NCBI GenBank assembly: GCA_964252035.1
Contig: OZ176201.1
Direction: 5' to 3' (one strand)
From: Podarcis erhardii
Taxonomy: Eukaryota
Length of the DNA: 64,000 bases
The notes beneath the pieces were generated by a model that saw only the letters and a list, made by a program, of their open reading frames with translations, was not told the origin of the DNA and searched no databases. The position numbers and the translations under genes are program-made. This document shows, in pieces, positions 25,501-37,477 of this stretch (within the stretch, counting starts at the first letter, position 1; each line of letters begins with the position of its first letter).

Positions 25501-27518
25501 AGATGACTTTAAAGGAGGATTAGATAAATTCATGGAGGGAAAGGCTATCAGTGGCTACTAGCCACAACTGCTATGTGTCAGGGGCAGTATGTTGCTGTGA
25601 ATAGCAAGCATTACATCTCACCATGGTAGGGAAGAATATGACCAGGTGATCCTTTGCGCCCGCTCAGCCTGCTGCTCACTGCTGATGGCAAACAAGGCCT
25701 CTCCTGCTCTCCCTTCTTACAGTTCTCTGTATCTTGAAACCAGACATGGGCTGGACAGTTTTTCAAACAGAGGACACCTTCAGACAGAGGCCTGTTCCCT
25801 GCAAAGTAGGTCACATGGCCACCCTTCCTGGCAACCCATATACCCTTCAGCTTGTCTTGTCATTTAACACCTCAAGAGAATCAGATATTCCACTCTGGAA
25901 AACAGCATGTTAATATCTTGCCCAACCTGTGCTTCAAGATCTTCAGAAGTCAGTCACAAATTTGGCCCAGACCCCAAGATATTTGTCAACCAATAAACTT
26001 TGCTTTTCTATAAGTGTGGAAAGACCATTCAAAGCACTCAAATGAAAGAATTTCTCTCCCAATGCAAGTTGCAGGCGCACAATCCAGAATGCGACCACAG
26101 TGTGAGGAGCGGGAAATTATTAAAACCCACTCCCTCCCACCCACTCCCACCACATGCCAGTCTCCCAATCCTGATTAGGTGCTCTGCACTGGTAATTTGT
26201 GAAAGAAAAGGCAAACTCAAGGGAAAACTATATGATAAACATCACACTGAGTTCGGCCTCACTCGCTAATGTCTACAAAAACCATGTAAGGCACACATGG
26301 AAGGTCTGTGTGGCCTTCCAGATGTTGGGCTCCAGTCCCCAGCCAGCATGGTCAATGGTCAGGAACGATGGGAGCTGGGGTTTAGCAACATCCGGACTTT
26401 TACAGGTCCCAAATCCCTGGTCCAAAGTACTACCATCTCCTCACAGCTGCAGATGGAGCTTGCAATCTCGTGGTTTGCCTAAAGCCACCAGTGAGCTGAG
26501 AAAGCAGGTGTAATATTCGACCCAGGGATTTCCCAGCTGTCAACGTGCCCTTTAATCACATTTAATTGGATCTGCTCCTGAGAAAGCAGAAGGGATGGGA
26601 AGAAGGTGCCAAGATGAGGAAGCTCGGTGCCACAGATATGGAAATGAGCCAGTAATGAAGTAGTTATTGAAGTTGTGGCTGCCAAAAATCACTGACCGTA
26701 CAACCCATCTACTCTACTGACCGTGCACATCTACTCAGGAGTAAGTCCCATCATGGTCAATGGGACTGACTCCCTGGTGATTGTGTAAGGATTGCAGCCT
26801 AAATCTCGAGGTTTCTATCCGCTTTCCTCACACCAAACATAATCTTATACAGTGGTACCTCAGGTTAAGTACTTAATTCGTTCTGGAGGTCCGTTCTTAA
26901 CCTGAAACTGTTCTTAACCTGAAGCACCACTTTAGCTAATGGGGCCTCTTGCTGCTGCCGTGCCGCTGGAGCACGATTTCTGTTCTCATCCTGAAGCAAA
27001 GTTCTTAACTTGAGGTAATATTTCTGGGTTAGTGGAGCCTGTAACCTGAAGTGTATGTAACCTGAAGCGTATGTAACCCGGGGTACCACTGCATACTTCT
27101 ATCATGCCCCTACTTATTCCTAAACTAAAAAGTCCCAAGCATCATAGACATTCTTCATAGCCCAATGAACATTTTGATTGCCTTCTTTGCTACACCTCTG
27201 CCAGCTCTCCAATATAATTTTAGAGATGAGGTGGCCAGAAACTATACATGGCATTCCAAGTGATGACATCAGGATATGGGCAGTTTTATTTTCAAATTCT
27301 CTTTCCTAACCGTTCCCAAGATGGAATTCACTTTCTTCACAGCAGTTGCCGTTCACTAGGTCAACATCTTCATCAATTTCACCAAGACCCCAAGATCTCT
27401 TTCCAGGTCAGTCACCAACAGCTGACTGAACAGAGATAAGGGAACTAGCTGATAGAAATCTAACCTTCAAGAATCCTCAAAGCTTAAGATGGCATTTGGT
27501 GGACACTGTAAAACACAC

Positions 27519-27597
<79 letters not shown>

Positions 27598-28869
27598 AAC
27601 ACTACATTCACAAGTGAACAAAAATAAGGTCTCTGAATTATAATCCACTGCATATCCTTTCTCTGATTTACCCCCTAAACTGAAGTTATAGCAAAAACTA
27701 CCTATGCATGACAGATGAAAGACAAGTAGGTAATGGTGTAGGTAGGTTCCCATGCAGATTGGATCTTGCCAACCTTTCCTTTCCCCCTAATTCCCCATAA
27801 TTTCCTCTGAACTGGCATTGCTCTGGAGCATTGTGGGGAAGCAAAAAGTAGACCAGGCACAGGTGCCCACTGCTGGCTTAGAGAACTGTCACTGTAATCC
27901 AATGAGCCCCCGAGGGCCCTCTGAGAGAGGAGTGGGCCCACCAGGAGACACTTTGCAGAGAATCCCCTGAAACATGGAATCAGCCCTGAGCATAAGGCAT
28001 TTGGACAGTCACCATCTGGCACTTCTAATAACCTATAAAGGGACAGGTGTGCCCTGTCTGACGATTCCCAAGTTAACACTGAAACGAAACAGTTTTCTTT
28101 CCTTTGTATAAGATGATCCAAAGTAGTAGCTGTTGCAAAACTGCATGTCAGCTGCCTCATACCTGCTCTCATTTAAAACTGCCTAGCTGGGCCTGTGAGT
28201 TGATAATCCTAAACTGGCAAATCCAGAAGAAAACCAGCTAGATTGGTTTACAAAAGAGGGCAGGCAACAACCTGAACTCAGCAGTGACACAGAAGCAAAT
28301 GGGTCACAGGGGACAGGGCAAGTGCCTTTCTGAGCATGAAACTCAAGCACCTGCCACTTCTGGGCTCAATCAGGAAATGTTCAGGTGCTTCACTCATACC
28401 TGATGGGAAGCCTGTCTTTGGGTAGCTTCAGGATGCTCCTTGCTTCTTACTTAAACGTTATACCCCCCCACACACACACTCTCTCTCTCTCTCTATATAT
28501 ATATATGGGACGTGGGGGGCGCTGTGGGTTAAACCACAGAGCCTAGGGCTTGCCGGTCAGAAGGCCGGCGGCTCGAATCCCAGTGACGGGGTGAGCTCCC
28601 ATTGCTCAGTCCCTGCTCCTGCCAACCTAGCAGTTCAAAAGCACGTCAAAGTGCAAGTAGATAAAAAGGTACTGCTCCAGTGGTAAGGTAAACGGTGTTT
28701 CCGTGAGCTGCTCTGGTTTGCCAGAAGCGGCTTAGTCATGCTGGCCACATGACCCAGAAGCTGTCTGTGGACAAATGCTGGCTCCCTCGGCCACTAAAGC
28801 GAGATGAGCGCTGCAACCCCAGAGTCGGCCACGACTGGACCTAGTGGTCAGGGGTCCCTTTACCTTTAC

Positions 28870-28907
<38 letters not shown>

Positions 28908-29593
28908 TATCTATTTTTTAAAATCTTCCTTTTATTGGTAGTTTTATTGGTATTTCCTTATGAACACTTTATGTAAACTTCTGAAAAGGATTCTTTTATG
29001 AAGTGGGGTGTGTGTGCATATATTAAATAAATAACAGAAAAATAATAATCATTAACATTTGTGCTGTGATGCATTCAAAGAATTTCACATGTGTTATCTA
29101 ATGGAAATTCTTACAACAACCCTGTGAGGTAAATCAGTATTATTACTGCAGACGTTTGCTCATATTGGAAAACAGGCTGGGTGGTAGTGATTTGCCTAAG
29201 GCCACCAAATGAGTTCATTGCATAGGTGAGACTCAAAAGTGTGTTCACAAAAACACCTTAGACGGCAATGAAGTTCTTGGTTTTTCCCCTCAGGAGCATT
29301 TCATACCTCCCCCCCCCTTGGGCTGCTCACGCCATCACAGCTTCATTGTGTGAAAATTCATTTCTGTTTGTACACACCAGGGGGCGTGGACGGGCAGGGA
29401 TATCTTTACCCTATGCAAAGGTGTTCACACCCTGGCTAGAGATGGATTAGGAATGACTAAAGGGTGCCAGCAAGTGTGAAGTTGGATGTTGAAGCAGATT
29501 AAAAACCAGGCACCGGAAACACAGTGAGTGTATACTATATGGAAGTGTGAACACAGCCTCAGACTGGGGCCTCCCTCATTCTCTTAGCTACCA

Positions 29594-29630
<37 letters not shown>

Positions 29631-31854
29631 ATTTATATCCCGCCTTTCCTCCAAGGAGCTCAAGGTGGCATACACACTTTCCCCCATTTTATCCCCACAA
29701 CTATGTCACAACTTGTGAGATAGAATACACTGAGAGGCAGTGGCTGTCCAAAGGTCACTCAGTGAGCTTCATGGCTGAGTAGGGATTCGAACCCTTGTTC
29801 CACACTTGAGACGCAGATGCCTCATGGAAAGTGTCCTCCAAACAGCTCAAAAAACTGCCTTCCTTCCTCACAGGAGTCTGCCACTCACCTTCAGCACCTC
29901 TTGGGCAGCCAGGCCTCCGATGAAGGCATTGATAGGGCTCAGGTCACCAGAACATCCGTAGGAAAATGTCCGCACCAGGTCCTCTTGCAGTTCCTCCTCC
30001 TTGCTCACAGAGACGGTCTGTGCCAGTTTCACCATCTTGTCTGCATCTGCCTGTTGAGGAGTAAAGACGGATGAGGCTGGGGCTGGGGAAAGAGTCTTAT
30101 CTGAGGAAGCTTACAATGAGCTACTTGCAGGAAAAGTAACGACGTTCTCTGCAGAAGGAGACAATATCCTGCTCAGGGTTGGAAACATGAGGAAGCCTGG
30201 GAGGCTGGTTGGGATTGCTAAGAAGAATGAAGGCAGCTGGGGAGACTTGCCTGATTCCTGGGCCTAGGCAGCCGCTTCATCTCCCTCTGGAAGACATGCA
30301 GTGCCCAGAAGGCCGCATGGAGGGAGCGACAGCGAGGTAGTTTCCCCTTATCCGGGATCCTGATTTTAGGATTAGCCCTGGAGGTACGCAGGGATTCCTG
30401 GGAATACAGAGAGGTTAGTGGACAGGAGTAGAACTACCTAATGCACATCCTTCTCTTTGAGGTAGGAGGTAGAGAAACTCAGGCCCAGGAGCTGAGTATA
30501 GCTCCTTAGACATCACTGTCCATCCCTCAGGACTCTCTCAGGCTAGGCCTCCTCTCCAAGTCACCTCCCCGTACTCTCCTCAGGCTATGCTCTTCATGTG
30601 CCCTGCTCTGCATCCTCCTTGGGTGTGGAGACCTTTGTGTAGCCTGGGTGTACCCTACTGTACAAAGAAAACACCACACAATCCATTTCCCTACCCACTT
30701 TTTGAGTCTCAACCCACCCACCACTGACATGGGGGCCTCAGAAAGTTGTCCAGGAGGTAATGTGACCCGTGGGTTGCATTTTCCCATTCCTGCCTTAAGG
30801 CAACACACTTCAAGAAATGCCTCTCCTCACCATAGCTGAACATAGGAGCTATACCAACCATGTCAGACCACTGGCCCATCTAGCTCAATACTGTCTGTAC
30901 TGACTGGCAGTGGCTCTCCAGGGTTTCAAACAGGAGCCTTTCCCAGCTGTATCTGCAGCTGTTGTGGACTGGACCTAGGATCTTCGACATGCAGAGCACA
31001 GAGCTCGATCCTCTCCCTAGCTGCTTGGGCTGGCCTTCTGCACCCAGGCTCTAGAACAGCAGTTTTGATGTCTCTTCCCTGGTGAAGCAGTCCTCTTTAG
31101 AGTCCTCCAGCTAAAATGCTCAGCCCTGGCAATAAGCTCACCCAAGACTCTGCTCATCTTGGCCCCCTATGAACTAGTTGGAAAAGAATAACCACATTTT
31201 TTCACCACCGCCAGAGACGAGAACATACATAGGAGTGTTTTTGAGGTATCTTGGCTTGGGTGATGACCCCACCACATTTGTATGGAGAAAAAGAAGACGT
31301 ATCTCCAACTTCCAAGCTGCAGGTTCCTAAACAGACACAGATCACAAACATTAGGTCTGTTCTCTTAGTCGTTCAATGGGACTGAAGTCAAATAAAACGA
31401 TATAAACCCATTCTCTGCAAGGTAGACACCTGCATTTCTTCTGGAGGTTTCTTATCCTATCAGGTGCTTTAATACTCACTAGTGAAGTCCCACAAGGTTC
31501 CTAATAGGAGAGACATGATGCTTCTTTCCCCACAACGCCACCCCAGCCTTCTGTCAAACTCCACTCTCATAATCTTTGCCTGTCCATCTTCCTGATCCAC
31601 ATCTGTCCCCCTATTTTCCTCTGGACACTTTCTGTGTGCAGGCAGGCACTGTACCCAGAGACATGAGGAGAAGGAGGAAACAGAGGGCCTATTACCTTTC
31701 AGACGGATGAGGCAAGGCTCGGAGGTGTTGAGTTCTGTCATCCCCTCAACCCCGGAGAATTTCACCCAGTCACCATCCTCAAAGTGGTGGCCTTGTCTCT
31801 CCTCATTGTCACACGCCACAGTCACTATGCCAGGGTTACTCTGGGGGAAGAGTA

Positions 31855-31891
<37 letters not shown>

Positions 31892-34800
31892 GCTACTACT
31901 ACGGTTAAATACATCACTTAATACTAAAGCAAGCTGCTAGGCAGTTTACAAAGCAGAAAAAAACAGTTACATTAAAATATAAATACTCATAATTAAAATA
32001 TGCAATAAATCAATCCCATTAACACATTAAAATATAATTGCCCATAATTAAAATATGCAATAAAACAATCACAATAAAACAACACAGCAATGAAAACAGG
32101 AGACTCTGGTTGAGAGATCAAAGGATTGCCTGCATCTGATTAGATGGTTACTCCATCTTTTTAGGGAAGTTTTTAATGTTTGATGTTTTATAGTTTTTTT
32201 AATATTCTGTTGAGAGCCGCCCAGAGTGGCTGGAGAAACCCAGCCAGATGGGTGGGGTATAAATAATAATTGTTATTATTATTATCCAAGCTTGGAAAGA
32301 CATCTTGGGGCTCCTTTGGAAGGAGGCATGTTCAATCCAGGGTGTGAAGGACATGAGCTCAGAAAGGGTGACACAAGCAGGGCAATAAAGTGCAGGAGAC
32401 AGATGTTATCTGGGTGAAGAGACATTACCTGGGTGATGTGGTGAATGGCAGCAGAGACAGGTTCAGCCTCTGAAGGATTGTGCACTATGAAGTCTTCTCC
32501 AAAATCACAGAAAAGTTGCCTGGAGCCAAAAGACCAAAGCTCAAGAAGTCAGACTTCTACTTTGTTTTCCTCCCTACACTCAGCCACTGCTCCACCCTGA
32601 GAAACCCCCTTCACTTCCACCCATGGGGTCTACCTGCTCAGAGAACCTTCATCCTCCATTACGGAAGGATGAAGGCGTCAATTTCACTTTCTATCCATTT
32701 TCCAGTTTTAAGTTCAGTTCTCCACATTTTCACCTCTGTTTGCAAATATTTTTTTGAAAGCCCCCACAAAAATTAATTGGAATATTAGTGCAAATTCTAA
32801 TATACAGTTGAGAGTTTGGAGGGGGGTTAGTCTGCATGGTGCCTGAGTCCCTTCTAATGCCTGGGGTCCTAGATCCAGCAAAGGGTTAAAATCTAGTGGA
32901 GGATTCCATTGTTGAACTAGCCAGGCAAAAGCCAGGGGAGAATGAGCTGGACTAGAAACGGAGTGAGAGTCAGGCTTGATTTCTGTTGGAATGTAAGGCT
33001 ATAGTTATGGGAGAAGCAAGACTATATTGGGCTGCTAATGCTGTGAGTCCCTCCATCATAGTCAGGATGTATTAACCGTATTGAGGTGGGCATGCAGCGA
33101 GCTCAGAGCCAAGCGTCAACACTGGCTTGGGTTTAGCGCAGTAGTACCAGGAGGCAGGCCGCACCCACAAAGAAGCCTTAAATTTTAAAGGTGCAGCTTA
33201 TTTGCGGATGTGGCTTACAGTCGGGCTAATACAGTATGTGTAAATAAACCATATCTCATAAAGACACCACTGTTTCTGCTGTCTCTCATTCCAAGAAAAC
33301 TGAACCCTGGGTAAGCACGGGAACCCCTGGCATCACACAGCGCTTGGGGATTGGGGCAGTGTGCAACAATGCACACTTTTTTACGAAACAATTTCTTATA
33401 ATATAATGCCTTTTTGTCATTTAAGCTAACATATGCACAATTTACCCTAGGACAGTTGATGACCATTTTGTGCGCAGGTTCAATTCCAGGCCCCTATCCG
33501 TGTTGGGGGGAGTACATATAAGCTCCCCCCTGCCCCCTGTTCTGCCTTCTTCTGGGTCCAAAAGGACCCATGTGTAGGTATCACACATTAATTGGATGTG
33601 CCTAAAATGGTCACCACCAGTATATGCATTTTTATACTCAGTGCTTGGCTGGAAAACTTCATGGCAAAATTCAAAGACATGCCAATTTTGAAGGATGGCG
33701 GTGCTTGGGTTTATATCTTGTTTCAGAAAAAAATGAACTCAATTGAGTTCACCCTTAAATGCAAATTGAATCAAATCTCTCCCCCATCCCTACCCTGCAG
33801 AGCCCAACCAGCATGCTAGCAGCTTATACAAATTCTTAGTCCACCTCTTATTCCACCCGGAATCACTGCACCACTCCAACATCCCAGTTTTGGGACAAGG
33901 ACAGAAGCCCCCAACACCTACCCAGCCAGGCCCTTGGTGTCAACTAGGACAAAGCAAATGTTCTTGGTGTGGCAGAAATCACTGATTCGCAGCTGCTCCT
34001 CCAAGGGTGAGTTACTCAGGACCACAACCTGTAAAGTTTGGTGCAGAATAGTATCAGAATAGTGATCTGCATAACATAAGGGGTTAAGAAACAGCACAAC
34101 AGAGTGCACTTTCTGAGCAGATTCTCTGTTCCCCATCAATGACAGCAGGTCACGTAGTGGTAAATCCTGGAGTATGGGCCCTTTGCAACAACTTCCATAG
34201 TCATGCCTCTTCCGAGACTATACAATAAAAGTGATTTTTCATCAGTGCAGATATTATGGCTTCAATTATTGATGGATCTTAACTATAACTCTTGCTACCA
34301 GCTGCCAAATCAATGAATTCCAGGAAGACAAAAAGGAACAGAACTTGCTGACTAGTAACTTGATTTTTGTTTCATTTTATTATATATAGCAGAATAAAGC
34401 ACAGCTTTGTACAAGTTACTATATATACACAGACAAGATTCATACTCCTATTTCAAACTCAACACTCCAACAACAAACTGCTGTGTCATACTGCTTATAA
34501 GGGAGAACTTAGCCAATCACCACCTGTTGCTAGGCTTCCTTGTCTCCAAGCAGAATTTCTCAACATCAGTACTAAGCCAGCTTTCCCCCCACCCCATCTC
34601 TCCCATCTGTTTTGCTTCAACAACCAATCTGGTGAAGATCTCTGGTGGTCTCAAAAGCTTGCTCAGTTTATGACATTTTGGTTGGTTATTTCTGAGCACC
34701 ACTGCTTATGTAGATAATTGGCCCCATGAGATAACCCTGCTGTGAAACAAGCCGTGGTGCTTCTGTCCCTGCTTGTTCCTGATCCCTCACTCGCTGGATC

Positions 34801-37406
34801 ATCACCTGCACCATCGAATGACAGGCAGTTGTACACCACCCAACACACTGCAGTTATCCCAACCAACCACAGACATGAGAGCTGATCCCCACTTTGAGCT
34901 TCAGGTGCAGCCTCAGAACAAAACAGTTAGTGGCACTTGATGATCACTAGGCCATAAATTACCACTATGAGAAACAGCTGGGCATGGGCAACAGGCTTGT
35001 TGCTTTCATTGGGTTAAGAGCAAAAGCTCTCCCACTAATGTAGGTCAGAGCCTGCTGAAGCACTGGAAACAGTGGTCACATTCACAGCACCCCATGGCTC
35101 CCCCACCCAAAGAATCCTGGGAACTGTGGCTTCCCCTCAAGCACCCTTCACCAACTACAGTTCCCAGGAGTCTTTGGGGGAAGTCATGTGCTTTAAATGC
35201 ACTTTAAATGGATGGTGTTGATGTGACCAGAGTTTGATTTTTTTATCATCACTAGAGTCACTCCCATGACATGAGACACACAGCTCTGTCCTTACCTGGA
35301 AAGTAGACAAGAAGCTCTCAGACAGCCCATTGGTATAGGCATGCACAGGGACATGTGTGTTCAGTTCTGCAAGGCGGCACTGGGAGACCAGAGCTCGGTT
35401 TTGCCCCACGTCATTCTCCGACAGATAGAACTGCAGAGACACAGCAATGCTAAGAGTGAGGATGGTGGGGGAGGATCGCATTGTGGAGCTGAGTGGATGA
35501 CAATGGATTTCACCAGTGCTTTTTTTTTCTGGAGGGTACGCATACCCCTAAATGTTTTGTGAATCTTTGTACTTTTGTCCATTTACTGTATTTATTTCCC
35601 CCCGATTTGAACTATAAATCGGTTATTTTCTTGAGTCAAAATGAGAGTACCCCTAAATATATTTTTTTAGGGAAAAAGCACTGGATTTTACTCTTTTACC
35701 CACTGCTCTACCACCAAATTCAGGACTCAGCTACATAGAATATTAGCAATGCCATTAGGAATCATGTTGCATGTTTAAAAAATATTCAATCCTGAGCACA
35801 GGTTTCGGAAATGGCAGCATGCAGGGAAGGCAGGTTTAAGTACACGTTGGAGGGGGGGGGGAGTCACTCTTTAGTATCAATGGGAGCTTTTTTCCCTAAT
35901 GGTAATTGACACAATCAGGGAGGCGGGTTTCAGAGAGATTATGGCTGGAGAGAAGGCTTAAACCTCCCCTTTCCATATTCTGTGATCTATGAAAAAAATG
36001 CCCCTCCCCACACATTGTGTGTTGCTGTTGTTTTAAAAAAATGCCACCACAAACCGCATTATCAATGTCACACGCAGTTAGGCCCTCAGTACTACATTGG
36101 CTTAGAGCAGACTCCGAATTTGGCTTCCAGCTCCATTCACAGACTCCATCCATCATCAGATATATGCTTTAAAAAGGGAGTGTGCCTATTTCTTCATCAG
36201 CATAGGGCGGGTTGCAATTCATTATGTGATTGCACCAGAAAACAGGGTGCAGAAAAGAGCATTGTGAGAATATCAGCTTTTATTGACAGTTTGCTATTAA
36301 AAAAAACCCAAGCATCTTGTCCTAATTGTTGCAAGCATAGGCTTAAAACTGTGAGAGCAATGCTTAGTGAAATCTCAGGAGTTCCGAGAGAAACTTGTCA
36401 GGGATTCCAGTGGCCAAGGGGCAGGACTTCAGCACCTTGCACTGCTGCTAGCTTTTCCCATATCTTCAATGAATTATGCAAAAATGTGCCTATTTATTCA
36501 GATCATTAATTCCAGTATGTTCGGGCTCAATATTTCAATACTTTTAGCTTAGGATATAGGTATGTTGTTAAACCAACATTGCAAACATACTGCTCCAGTC
36601 TTTGAAGCCAAATATACTGAAGGAGACGTTGAGAACATTGGGGGAGGGCTGTAGCTCATTGGTAGGGCATCTGCCTTGCATGCAGAAGGTCCCAGGTTCA
36701 AACCCCGGTGTCTCCAGTTAGTACTAGGAAAGACTTCAGTACAGAAACCCTGCAGAGCAGCTGCAGGTCAGTGTGGCCAATAATAAACTAGATGGGCCAA
36801 TGGTCTGAGTCAGTATAAGGCAGCTTCTTGTGTTGCTTGTGAGAACCAGGGTACCACAAGGTGGAGTTTTAAAATTAATTTCAAAACAAGCTGTTGTGAA
36901 ATTCATAGCCTAATGTAGCAGCATTTCCAGTTCTGACTACTTTTAATAATAGCAGCAACTGACTCACCAGACTTCCCAAATTATGCAACCTTGTTTGAAT
37001 CTCATGACTAGATTATGCTGGAAGCCAAGAAACTACCAATAATTGTTTTTTTTTTTGTGGGGGGCATCTAATTGTAGTTATTATTACAGTGGGCTATAGA
37101 CTGGGATCAGTCAAGAGTTCAGGTGACTTATGATTTAATATAGTGTTGGGACATAAAGGGCAAATGAAGCAAAATTTGCTGTATGTGATAGATTTTAGCC
37201 TTTGTCACGACAGGATATGGATTAATTTATTTCGACTAATAGTATGCTCTGCCTAGAGTTCTCACAGGGTTCTGGGTTTCAGAATAAAATTATATGAAAA
37301 CAATATAGGATTGACAAATACATGCGAATAGCTTGGCACAAAATCACTAGTGTCAACAACAAGGTCACCACAGATACACAGTGTGAGCTGTTAACAAGAC
37401 TTGTTA

Positions 37407-37477
<71 letters not shown>

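Noticed and set aside
27484-27753. Poly-Leu ORFs over the CAG and TTA repeats (also 31707-31940)
   Set aside because: Microsatellite artefacts.
35982-36509. 175-aa plus ORF in UBA7 intron 2
   Set aside because: No homology or splice support. It also shows that ORFs of this size arise by chance in this window.
36641-36720. tRNA-like A/B boxes here and at 28507, 51845 and 56703
   Set aside because: They continue into SINE bodies and do not close a cloverleaf; not tRNA genes.
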